From Minisyncoccota bacterium (lineage in GTDB: Bacteria > Patescibacteriota > Minisyncoccia > Phycocordibacterales > VMEP01), in contig JBAZUR010000001.1 in NCBI GenBank assembly GCA_041661305.1, positions 167,077-231,076 of the forward strand: a stretch of DNA of 64,000 nt, given 5' to 3'. The position numbers and the translations under genes are program-made. Below are positions 55,327-64,000 of the stretch, one piece after another. The notes beneath the pieces are model-generated. The model made no database searches and was not told where the DNA came from. It saw nothing but the letters and a program-made list of their open reading frames with translations. How positions within the stretch are numbered: the stretch's first letter is position 1; each line of letters starts with the position of its first letter.

Positions 55327-56422
55327 TATGCGTGGCGCATCATTCGACAAAATTTTCATTGGAATTGTTTTGACTCTTCTCGTTACCGGGATGTTTGCAT
55401 TTTGGTCCGCTTCTCTTGGTATTCTTGCGAAAAGCGAAGCAATTTTTTTCAATATGATTTCTAGTCAGTTTCTACTTGGAGTCTGTGGGGGACTTGTGGC
55501 TTTTGTTTTTTTTGCTTTAACTCCATATAAAAAGTGGAAAAAATTTGCACTTCCTATTTTAATTTTTTCGTCGATAACTGCAGCATTGGTTTTTGTTAAT
55601 GGTATCGGTTTTGAGCATGGTGGTGCGAAAAGATGGATACATGTTTTTGGTTTTTCGTTACAACCATCTGAGTTTTTAAAATTTGGAATAATAATATATG
55701 CCGCTGCTTGGTATTCTTGGGTAAAAAATCGCGTTATAAATTGGCGCTATGGTTTACTTCCTTTTCTCTTACTTATTGGTCTTGCCGCTGCACTAATCAT
55801 TACTGAACCAGACACGGGAACATTCCTTGTATTATCGGCTGGGGTTTTTTCGATATATCTTGCAGCGGGCGCTCCAACTAAACATGTCGTAATCATGATA
55901 CTTCTAGGTTTAGTTGCTTTTACGGGGTTGGTTTCTGCTCGGCCTTATCTTATGGACCGCATAACAACTTTTATGAATCCATCAAGTGATCCGCTTGGAT
56001 CTTCGTATCAAATCCAGCAATCATTAGTTGCAATTGGTTCTGGGGGCATTACAGGGCGAGGATATGGACAGAGCGTTCAAAAATTTAATTTTTTACCAGA
56101 ACCAGTTGGTGATTCTATTTTTGCTGTCTGGAGTGAGGAGTTTGGATTTATTGGTAGCGTTATTTTTGTTCTACTTTTTCTGTCATTTACCTTGCGGGGA
56201 CTGCGTATAGCAAACACAGCAAACGATAATTTCGGCAAGTTTCTTGCGACAGGGTTCGTTGTAATGATTTCAGTAGAGTCGTTCCTAAATATCGCCGCAC
56301 TAACAGGGATCGTGCCACTTACGGGAGTACCCCTTATTTTTGTGAGCCAAGGGGGGACAGCGCTCCTCTTTGCTCTCGCAGAAGTCGGAATTGTAGCTAA
56401 TATATCGCGTTTTTCGGCCTAA
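55319..56422 (+). CDS. ftsW: SEDS-family peptidoglycan glycosyltransferase (FtsW/RodA).
   Basis: 10-TM profile, PSEFLKFGIII, EPDTGT. Position between mraY and murG. Confidence 0.8.
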   Translation: MDDMRGASFDKIFIGIVLTLLVTGMFAFWSASLGILAKSEAIFFNMISSQFLLGVCGGLVAFVFFALTPYKKWKKFALPILIFSSITAALVFVNGIGFEHGGAKRWIHVFGFSLQPSEFLKFGIIIYAAAWYSWVKNRVINWRYGLLPFLLLIGLAAALIITEPDTGTFLVLSAGVFSIYLAAGAPTKHVVIMILLGLVAFTGLVSARPYLMDRITTFMNPSSDPLGSSYQIQQSLVAIGSGGITGRGYGQSVQKFNFLPEPVGDSIFAVWSEEFGFIGSVIFVLLFLSFTLRGLRIANTANDNFGKFLATGFVVMISVESFLNIAALTGIVPLTGVPLIFVSQGGTALLFALAEVGIVANISRFSA

Positions 56423-56504
56423 ATTACTTAAAAAGTTGGTAGTTTTTTGCTATACTTCTCCTTATATGTAAGGATTTTTATTCACCTACATATTTTACAA
56501 TTCT

Positions 56505-57632
56505 ATGAAAATTCTATTTACGGGAGGGGGGAGTGGTGGTCATTTTTATCCAATTATTGCCATAGCACAGAAAGTAAACGAGCTAGTTCAAAAGGAAAAA
56601 ATTCTTGATGCCAAGTTATATTTTATGTCAGATAGCCCCTACAACAAGGCGGCTTTATATGAAAATGAGATGGTGTTTGTTTTTGCAAGCGCGGGGAAAA
56701 TGCGCAGATATTTTTCACTACTCAACTTAATTGATATTTTTAAAACAGCAATAGGAGTTGTTAAGGCGTTTTGGAGTATGTACTTAATATATCCAGATGT
56801 TGTAGTTGGGAAGGGTGGTTATGCCAGCTTTCCAGCTCTTATGGCAGCTAAGTTATTAAAAATCCCTGTCGTCATTCACGAATCAGATTCATTTCCAGGT
56901 AGAACAAATTTGTGGGCTGGAAAATTCGCGGAGCGCATCGCAGTATCATATGAAGAGGCAGGTAAACATTTTCCAATGAGTAAGGTCGCTTTTACTGGTC
57001 AGCCAGTTCGAAAAGAGATTTTAATTCCACTTCAAAGTGGAGCGTACGAATATCTTAAGCTCAAAAAGGATATTCCAACAATTTTGATATTAGGGGGTTC
57101 ATTTGGTGCAAAATTAATTAACGAGGCGGTTGTAGATATTTTGCCAGAGCTTTTAGAAAAATATCAAGTGATTCATCAAGTTGGTGGTGAGCACATGAAA
57201 GAAACGGAAGCGTTGGCTTCTGTGGTTCTCGCTAATAGCGAGCACAAAGATAGGTATCGAGTGTTTGGTTATTTGAATTCTTTAGCGCTTAGAATGGCGG
57301 CGGGGACCGCATCAGTAATAATTTCTCGTGGAGGTTCAACTCTTTTTGAAATTGCCGCATGGGGACTACCTTCAATCATAATTCCAATCACAGATTCAAA
57401 TGGGGATCATCAACGAAAGAACGCGTTCAATTATGGGCGTTCTGGTGCAGCTGTAATTATCGAAGAAGTTAATCTAAGCCCTCACTTACTTCTATCCGAG
57501 ATTACAGGAATAATGGAAAACGCAGAGCGAAAAGAAAAAATGTCTAAGGAAGCAAAAGCTTTTTACAAAGAGGATGCTGCTGAAAAAATTGCTAAAGAAG
57601 TCCTAAAAATTGCTTTGCGTCACGAAAAATAA
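56505..57632 (+). CDS. murG: Undecaprenyldiphospho-muramoylpentapeptide beta-N-acetylglucosaminyltransferase.
   Basis: FTGGGSGGHFYP. C-terminal GT-B domain (RGGSTLFE). Confidence 0.9.
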   Translation: MKILFTGGGSGGHFYPIIAIAQKVNELVQKEKILDAKLYFMSDSPYNKAALYENEMVFVFASAGKMRRYFSLLNLIDIFKTAIGVVKAFWSMYLIYPDVVVGKGGYASFPALMAAKLLKIPVVIHESDSFPGRTNLWAGKFAERIAVSYEEAGKHFPMSKVAFTGQPVRKEILIPLQSGAYEYLKLKKDIPTILILGGSFGAKLINEAVVDILPELLEKYQVIHQVGGEHMKETEALASVVLANSEHKDRYRVFGYLNSLALRMAAGTASVIISRGGSTLFEIAAWGLPSIIIPITDSNGDHQRKNAFNYGRSGAAVIIEEVNLSPHLLLSEITGIMENAERKEKMSKEAKAFYKEDAAEKIAKEVLKIALRHEK

Positions 57633-57635
57633 ATT

Positions 57636-58988
57636 ATGTCTTCAAATGAACAAGTACGTGTTCGAATAGCTCCATCTCCAACGGGGCTTTTCCATATAGG
57701 GACCGCCCGAACGGCTCTTTTCAATTTTCTTTTTGCAAGGAAACATAACGGTGTCTTTATTGTGCGGATTGAGGATACAGACAAAGAAAGATCCCGAAAA
57801 GAGTACGAAGAGAGCATTTTAGAGGGATTATCTTGGCTTAATATTAAACACGAAGAATTTTACCGTCAGTCAGAGAGAACAGAAATATACCGTAAGTACC
57901 TTGAAAAATTAATTGCATCTGGTTCTGCTTATGTTTCAAAAGAGGAAGCAGGGGAAGGTAAAAGAAGTGAGGTCATCCGCTTTAAAAACCCAAACCATTC
58001 AATAACTTTTGACGACTTGATTCGTGGTCCAATCACTTTTCATACCGAGGAACTTGGCGACTTTGTTATTGCAAAGGACATGGAAACCCCGCTTTATCAT
58101 CTTGCTGTAACAATTGATGATCATGAAATGAAGATCACACACGTAATTCGCGGTGAAGATCATATTTCAAATACACCTCGTCAAATTTTACTCCTCGAGG
58201 CTATTGGAGCGACTATTCCAACATACGCACATTTGCCATTAATACTTGCTCCGGATAAGTCAAAATTGTCAAAAAGACACGGAGCAGTTGCTTTAACTGA
58301 ATATCGCGAGAACGGATTTTTACCAGAAGCAATAATAAATTTTTTAGCATTACTTGGTTGGTCACCTCAAAGTAGGGGAGAGGACGAAGAGGTTTTAAAC
58401 TTCGATGAACTTGTTGAAAAATTTGAGCTTGAAAAAGTCGGGAAAAGTGGAGCTATTTTTGATTTGAAAAAATTGGAATGGCTGAACAAGCAATATATTA
58501 AAAAAGTTCCGGAAGAGAAACTTATCAGCATGATAAAAAACGAAATTTCTTCACATAATATTTTCATCGCCGATGAAAAGAAGTTACTTCGCGCTATACC
58601 CTTAATTTCTGAGAAAATTTCTACGATTAAAGAGGCGGGGACTGTTTGGCTAGAGGAATTATCCTTTCTTTCAAAAAACCCAGAATACGATGTGGCTAAA
58701 TTGGTTTGGAAGGAGGAAACTACCGCAAAGACCAGAGAAAATCTTTCGAAAATTCTAGAAATATTAAATAGCGTAGAAAGCGCTGATTTTTCTGCTGAAC
58801 GAATTAAGGAATTAATTTTCCCATTTGCCGATGAGGTTGGTAGAGGTGGAGTTTTATGGCCGATGAGATTTTCCTTAACTGGACAGGACAAATCACCCGA
58901 CCCATTTATGAGTGCTTATTTTCTTGGAAAAGAAGAGTCCATATTAAGAATTTCTAAGGCGATTAAACTATTAGAAAAAAATGAATAG
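57636..58988 (+). CDS. gltX: Glutamyl-tRNA synthetase, copy 2 (in core dcw-adjacent context).
   Basis: APSPTGLFHIGTARTALFNFLFA, KLSKRHG. Full length (450 aa). Confidence 0.9.
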   Translation: MSSNEQVRVRIAPSPTGLFHIGTARTALFNFLFARKHNGVFIVRIEDTDKERSRKEYEESILEGLSWLNIKHEEFYRQSERTEIYRKYLEKLIASGSAYVSKEEAGEGKRSEVIRFKNPNHSITFDDLIRGPITFHTEELGDFVIAKDMETPLYHLAVTIDDHEMKITHVIRGEDHISNTPRQILLLEAIGATIPTYAHLPLILAPDKSKLSKRHGAVALTEYRENGFLPEAIINFLALLGWSPQSRGEDEEVLNFDELVEKFELEKVGKSGAIFDLKKLEWLNKQYIKKVPEEKLISMIKNEISSHNIFIADEKKLLRAIPLISEKISTIKEAGTVWLEELSFLSKNPEYDVAKLVWKEETTAKTRENLSKILEILNSVESADFSAERIKELIFPFADEVGRGGVLWPMRFSLTGQDKSPDPFMSAYFLGKEESILRISKAIKLLEKNE

Positions 58989-60303
58989 TCTTTTTGTAAA
59001 AAAATTTACTTTGTTTCTTTCTCTACTGATTCTTAGTATACCTTTGGTGAGCTTTGCTGAGGAAGTAGTCACACCCAACACAACAGAAGCTGTGTCGCAA
59101 AAATCAGCCTATCAAATAGAGATAGATAAGAGGAACGAAGAGATCGCCAAACTTGAAGCTGAGATAAAACAATATCAGGGGCAAATTGAAATAACAGCAA
59201 AAGAAGCTGCAACCCTGAAAAGTCTTATAAAACAGCTTGATTTAACGCGAGCAAAATTATCTACAAATATTAAACTTACCGAGAAAAAAATATCTGGCGC
59301 AAATACAACTCTAAATAAACTCAGTGAACAAATTGAAGACAAAAACCTAAGAGTTAAAAATAGCCGTGAGGTAATCGCAAAAAATATAAGAATTGTTTCT
59401 GAAAAAGAAGGGGAGTCAACAATAGAAATACTTCTTTCTGAATCGAGTTTTTCAGATGTTTGGGTTTCGCTCGATCAAACAGCGCAATTTGAGCGTGCTG
59501 TTAAAGACCATATTGATGAATTGAGGGAGGTAAAACAAAGTCTTGTTAAAGACAAGACAGCTGCAGAAAACGTTAAAAAAACACTAGTCAGTCTTAAAAG
59601 TAATCTTGGTGATCAAAAAATTCTTGTTGATCAAAATAAAAACGAAAAAACAAAAGTCTTAAAAGAAACTAGTAGTAAAGAGTCAGAGTACAAGAAACTA
59701 CTAGCAGAGCGTCTAGAGAAAAAAGAGCAGTTGGAGGCTGAAATTTTAGACTTTGAATCCAAGATTAAACTTGACGTTGATATTTCAAAATTACCATCTG
59801 CAGGGAAAGGAATATTAAGCTGGCCAGTTTCTTCTGTAAGAATTACCCAATACTTTGGGAAAACACCTTTTGCTACAAAAAACCCGCAAGTTTACAACGG
59901 AATGGGGCATAACGGGATTGATTTTGGTGTGCCAATCGGAACACCAATTAAATCATCTGCCAGTGGTGTTGTTTATGGGACAGGGAATACTGACACAGCG
60001 TGTTATGGAGTCTCTTACGGTAAGTGGGTTCTTGTTAGACACGAAAATGGTCTAGCTACGTTATATGCTCATCTATCTTTAATTAAAGTTTCCACTGGTG
60101 ACAATGTTCAGTCGGGAGATATTATTGGTTATAGTGGAAATACAGGCTACTCAACTGGCCCACATCTACACTTTACAGTTTATGCAGCGGATGCCGTCCA
60201 CATATCAGGCCCAACTGAGTATAAGAGTAGGATTTGTGGGACATACCTACGAATGCCAGTCGCACCTAAGGCTGGTTACCTTAATCCCTTGTCTTATTTG
60301 TAA
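58981..60303 (+). CDS. M23-family peptidoglycan metalloendopeptidase with an N-terminal coiled-coil region (EnvC/NlpD-like).
   Basis: Signal peptide. Long coiled-coil. LytM domain (GHNGIDFGVPIGTPI, HLHFTVY). Confidence 0.8.
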   Translation: MNSLFVKKFTLFLSLLILSIPLVSFAEEVVTPNTTEAVSQKSAYQIEIDKRNEEIAKLEAEIKQYQGQIEITAKEAATLKSLIKQLDLTRAKLSTNIKLTEKKISGANTTLNKLSEQIEDKNLRVKNSREVIAKNIRIVSEKEGESTIEILLSESSFSDVWVSLDQTAQFERAVKDHIDELREVKQSLVKDKTAAENVKKTLVSLKSNLGDQKILVDQNKNEKTKVLKETSSKESEYKKLLAERLEKKEQLEAEILDFESKIKLDVDISKLPSAGKGILSWPVSSVRITQYFGKTPFATKNPQVYNGMGHNGIDFGVPIGTPIKSSASGVVYGTGNTDTACYGVSYGKWVLVRHENGLATLYAHLSLIKVSTGDNVQSGDIIGYSGNTGYSTGPHLHFTVYAADAVHISGPTEYKSRICGTYLRMPVAPKAGYLNPLSYL

Positions 60304-60342
60304 AAATTACCCATAATTTCTACATAGCAATCTAAAAATTAA

Positions 60343-60687
60343 ATGACAACAAAAAAAGCAAACGGAGGATTTTTAAAACTATTGATTATAATCATAATAG
60401 GAATTTTTATTTTAAGTGCAATGAATGTTGACCTACGCGAGCTTGTTAACTCACCAGTAATGCAAAATAACATTGCATACGTTTACGGTGGAGTTAAGGG
60501 TGTTTGGGATAGCTACTTGAGGACTCCCGTTATGTTTTTTTGGAACAATACATTCAAAAATGTAATAATCGTGCCGTTTGCAGAAAATATGCATCGGATG
60601 ATTAGTGGACAGGGAACGTCAACATTTTTTAGTTTGGTCCCACAATTTAATATTGCGACCTCAACAGCAACCTCGACTTCAAATTAA
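60343..60687 (+). CDS. Hypothetical small membrane protein.
   Basis: 114 aa with an N-terminal TM helix. Confidence 0.4.
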   Translation: MTTKKANGGFLKLLIIIIIGIFILSAMNVDLRELVNSPVMQNNIAYVYGGVKGVWDSYLRTPVMFFWNNTFKNVIIVPFAENMHRMISGQGTSTFFSLVPQFNIATSTATSTSN

Positions 60688-60992
60688 AGCAATAAAGATT
60701 TCTAGCTAACTGCTTTTAAGAGAATCGTAGAGGGGAGCACTTTTTGTGCCTACGTGTCGTAAAAGGTATATTGTGCGACATGTATATAATCTCAGCCTAG
60801 CCCTCCCCTAAGGCCATCTTGACCAGAGGAAAACGCATACTTAAAAAATGAATTGTGTTTGATTTTTTAATTACGATCTCTAAACCTTCTACTTATATTT
60901 AATTTAAAAAATTAGCGTCACTTATTTAGGTATTTTATGAACATTCTTGTTTGTAGCTAAATGGTTGCCTTCTAACCCATACGACCCAAAAT

Positions 60993-61007
60993 CCCCTATT
61001 TTAGGGG
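60993..61007 (-). terminator. Short hairpin CCCCTA-TTT-TAGGGG just past the 3' end of the 61019..62101 minus-strand gene.
   Basis: Read directly. Weak U-tract. Confidence 0.3.
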
Positions 61008-61018
61008 TATATGGTCTA

Positions 61019-62101
61019 TTATCTTTCCTTCTGTAAAAGAACTGGTGCCTTTGTTACATTCACAACTACAAAAGTTGTTCTTCCAACAAGTGCGCCTGTT
61101 GTAGTTTCTACGCTACATCTAAAGCGCCCTGGTGTTAAGTTTTGTTTTTGACTATATCCACGATAACCGTTGTCTCGTCCACCTGTTATCGTAAAAGGGA
61201 CAATAGATACCGTACTCCACTCATTAGACATTTCGTCATAATGTTCCCATCTGTGATTTATGCCGGTCGATAATTTTACAGGAGCAAAGACGGAACTAAA
61301 ACAGTACACTGATTCATTATTGTATTTATTAAAAACCTTTTTTGTGTCGCTTAAAAATTCATACCACTCCGGTTTTTCGTACAGGGTTTTGTAGTTGGCA
61401 TTGTCAGCTCTCTCCACAAGATGGTATATACCAATCTCCTGAAGTGACAGTGGAACCGGAGGAATGATATTCAAAAAATAGAAAGCATTGAAGGCGACAA
61501 ATATTCCTCCTATGTATAGCGATACCTTTTTTAGTTCATTAGCAATGTCTTTTGAAGTGAGGTGTAAAACAAGCAACAGCATCCCGGCAGAGATCAAACT
61601 TATAACACTACTCAAGAAAAATACTGAGTCACCCATTTTCCCAAGCACCATAGGCACAACAAACGTTAGGTAAAGCAAAGAAAGAAAGTACCAGACCGAA
61701 ATATGGAAAATAATTTTAGAATATTTTTCTCGCATGAATTCATTTCCAATAAGAAATACCCCTAAAATTAACAAGAAAAGAGAGCTTCCTTCAAACGTGC
61801 CACTCTTTCCATATAGGAACAGGAAACTTCCGGCGATATTACCGAAGGCAAATTGCACCAAAGCAAGCAGAATAATAGGCGTTATTTCACCTCTCTTTCT
61901 GTATAGTGACAAAAGCGCGATACCAAGCGCTGCGCCAATAAGATAAGAGAGTAAAATTATATTTCCAAGCAACTGGTCTGGTCTTGCGAATGTAAAAAAA
62001 TCCCAAATAAAACCAAGTAGTATAGACACCGCTCCAACATGTCTTTCGTATTTTTGTAGATATTCTTTAAAAATATTAAGTATTGATGTTGGTGGGGTCA
62101 T
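61019..62101 (-). CDS. Hypothetical polytopic membrane protein with a C-terminal extracytoplasmic domain.
   Basis: About 7 TM helices then a 150-aa soluble tail. No motif. Confidence 0.5.
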   Translation of the reverse strand: MTPPTSILNIFKEYLQKYERHVGAVSILLGFIWDFFTFARPDQLLGNIILLSYLIGAALGIALLSLYRKRGEITPIILLALVQFAFGNIAGSFLFLYGKSGTFEGSSLFLLILGVFLIGNEFMREKYSKIIFHISVWYFLSLLYLTFVVPMVLGKMGDSVFFLSSVISLISAGMLLLVLHLTSKDIANELKKVSLYIGGIFVAFNAFYFLNIIPPVPLSLQEIGIYHLVERADNANYKTLYEKPEWYEFLSDTKKVFNKYNNESVYCFSSVFAPVKLSTGINHRWEHYDEMSNEWSTVSIVPFTITGGRDNGYRGYSQKQNLTPGRFRCSVETTTGALVGRTTFVVVNVTKAPVLLQKER

Positions 62102-62118
62102 TTATTTATTTTTCAAGA

Positions 62119-63006
62119 TTAAATTTCAAAACGCACTGGAATTGAAATTGATGCATCGTTTTCCGGAAGACCAGATGGGTTATCTTTTTTGAGAATCAGT
62201 GTCCCCGTTTTAGTTAACGGCTTTGAAAAAGTTAGAGTGACCTCAAATGGAACAAATTCGGTTGTCATCCAGTCAGTCTTTGCTTGTGCTGGAGATAAAA
62301 CAAGCTCTTTGCCATTTGCGTCAATTAGCACTACAGGAAACGAAGCCTCGAAATACCAGTTCCCTCTCGCCTCTCCTTTTACAACGAGAGGACTTTTGAC
62401 TACAGTATTTTCTAGTGGCTGACTTACAAAAATTTTATCATTCAAAAGCGCAGTATCATTTCGTTTTGAAATTTTAAATTTTAAGACGTAATCGGGCGTA
62501 TTTATTTTTGTTTTAGAGTTTGGGTACGGGGCCACTTCTACAAGCTCAATTTGTTCAACCTCAGTAGTAATTGGAGTACCATTTAATGTGGCAGTCATTT
62601 CACTTTCACCTAATCCACTTAAAATTTTAATTTTTACTCGCACCGTCCCAGCCTGAATACAGGTCACATCACTAGGACAGCGACTGTCCTCAACAATAGA
62701 AATTGGGGTCACGCTGACACCTAAGCCACTCTTCGTCTCCCCTATTTTTGCTTCTAAAATAAGGCTTTTTTCGCTTACGACTACGGGGCACTCTGCAAAT
62801 TCACATTTTGGACCAGATCTTCCAACAGCAGATCCATCAGGACAAATCTTTGCCTCCATCGTGCATGCAATTTGGTCAGTGTTTGGTTTTAGAAAAACCA
62901 TTAATACTGAAGCAGAAACAGCTAAGAGAACTATTAACAATATTACAATTTCAAATGTTTTTTTCATTATATTTTTATTTAATTTTGCACTTAATTTTAA
63001 CCGCAT
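62119..63006 (-). CDS. Hypothetical secreted or anchored protein.
   Basis: N-terminal TM or signal anchor, Cys pairs, beta-rich composition. Confidence 0.45.
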   Translation of the reverse strand: MRLKLSAKLNKNIMKKTFEIVILLIVLLAVSASVLMVFLKPNTDQIACTMEAKICPDGSAVGRSGPKCEFAECPVVVSEKSLILEAKIGETKSGLGVSVTPISIVEDSRCPSDVTCIQAGTVRVKIKILSGLGESEMTATLNGTPITTEVEQIELVEVAPYPNSKTKINTPDYVLKFKISKRNDTALLNDKIFVSQPLENTVVKSPLVVKGEARGNWYFEASFPVVLIDANGKELVLSPAQAKTDWMTTEFVPFEVTLTFSKPLTKTGTLILKKDNPSGLPENDASISIPVRFEI

Positions 63007-63922
63007 CGATATCTGCTTGAGTTAGTGTTTGATTTTTGCTCATGTTTAACTTGTACATAATTGCATTTTTATCTTCCACGTGTGGCAAGCCTAGCGCATG
63101 CCCGAGTTCGTGTGCCAACACTCTCACAAGTTTGGTGTGGCTACTAAACTCATAAATATCAATTTCTTCGTTTCCCTGACCATCGTTTCGATAAACACCT
63201 TCTTCGAACTCTTCCCCCCTAGTGTCGCCAATCTCGTTATATTTTCTAACGTCAATATTAAGTGCATTGGCAATATTGTTTAGCACGACAACTATAGATT
63301 TTATGTTTGCAACATATCCATTAACGACTCCTTGTAAAATTTTAATCTCCTCAATCTCAGCATCAATAATTTTTGCCTCAGCTTGAAGTTTTTCATATTC
63401 ATTTTTTGGAGCGCCACCTTTTGAGTTCCAATAAACAACCTGCTTATCATATGCATCACGCCTTTCATCAAAGGCCGCTAAACGCACATCGTAGTTAGCC
63501 TTTGCTTTATTGTATAGATCAACTAACTCAGTGTATTTTTGATTAAGTTCATCGTAGTTACTCCTGTTTTCATCTACAACTAACCCTAAACTTTTTAGGT
63601 TTGCCGTTGCTTCCTGACGATAATCATAAATAAGACTTACTTTCACATTTCCGTCGACAGCATTTGAAAAAAGATCAAGACCTATTTGTTTTTCCCAAAT
63701 ATCCTCCGCTTCTTTAAGCGCGGAAAGAAAATCTCCCCTTGAAATACCGAACCGACTATCAAAAGCAACGAGTTCATATGTAATTGGCTCATCGCATGGC
63801 GCATAGACCGACTGAATATTGTTTAAAATTATCTCCAGCCGCCCTTTGATTGGATCCTGGAAAACATAGCCAAAAACCCCAATCACCACAACGTAAATAA
63901 GGAATTTTGATAGTTGCTTCAT
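62975..63922 (-). CDS. Metzincin-like zinc metalloprotease (HExxHxxGxxH, matrixin/M10-like) with an N-terminal anchor and coiled-coil region.
   Basis: VLAHELGHALGLPH motif followed by a Met-turn-like AIMY. Confidence 0.65.
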   Translation of the reverse strand: MKQLSKFLIYVVVIGVFGYVFQDPIKGRLEIILNNIQSVYAPCDEPITYELVAFDSRFGISRGDFLSALKEAEDIWEKQIGLDLFSNAVDGNVKVSLIYDYRQEATANLKSLGLVVDENRSNYDELNQKYTELVDLYNKAKANYDVRLAAFDERRDAYDKQVVYWNSKGGAPKNEYEKLQAEAKIIDAEIEEIKILQGVVNGYVANIKSIVVVLNNIANALNIDVRKYNEIGDTRGEEFEEGVYRNDGQGNEEIDIYEFSSHTKLVRVLAHELGHALGLPHVEDKNAIMYKLNMSKNQTLTQADIDAVKIKCKIK

Positions 63923-64000
63923 ATTAAATAAATCTATTCATATCTTAGAGCTTCGATTGGGCTTTTAGCTGCAGCCTTACGAGCTGGATAAATTCCGAAA

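Noticed and set aside
1-64000. CRISPR arrays, rRNA genes, integrase, transposase or phage structural genes.
   Set aside because: No regularly spaced direct repeats, no rRNA-like conserved blocks, and no recombinase or capsid motifs were seen. The only mobile-element-like signal is the GIY-YIG inverted-repeat cassette.

Overview
This is a low-GC, gene-dense bacterial window whose content resembles a reduced CPR/Patescibacteria-like genome; the taxon is inferred from gene content only. Genes are short forms (UvrC without HhH, AlaRS without C-Ala, AspRS without GAD), TTG starts occur, there is a type-IV-pilin-like gene and two MltG copies. Housekeeping core: uvrC, ddl, tRNA-Ala(UGC), ychF, leuS, mnmA, alaS; infA-rpmJ-rpsM-rpsK-rpsD-rpoA-rplQ and rplM-rpsI; grpE-dnaK-dnaJ; trpS-aspS-scpA-scpB; dacA-like-mraY-ftsW-murG-gltX. 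Main findings: (1) LeuRS carries a complete NUDIX hydrolase domain inserted after the editing domain. (2) An AT-rich accessory island at about 35.3-49.5 kb holds a minimal ABC-F ATPase, a frameshifted alpha/beta hydrolase at a G8 tract, an HExxH protease, a free NUDIX hydrolase, a second full GluRS, a pol-beta nucleotidyltransferase overlapping a tRNA-like fold, a degenerate GluRS-like paralog (HCGN and RMSKH in place of HIGN and KLSKR), PlsC/HAD/orphan histidine kinase, and two convergent paralogous small MGW proteins bracketing a 5-gene block. (3) A small GIY-YIG nuclease gene is flanked by 15-bp perfect inverted repeats and an ATGGAT direct repeat, inserted at the start codon of the downstream gene. 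(4) Three G/C homopolymer tracts of 7 or more, one inside a GC-rich Gly/Cys-rich 864-aa surface protein. No rRNA or CRISPR array was seen. No CIRCE element was found upstream of grpE or dnaK.
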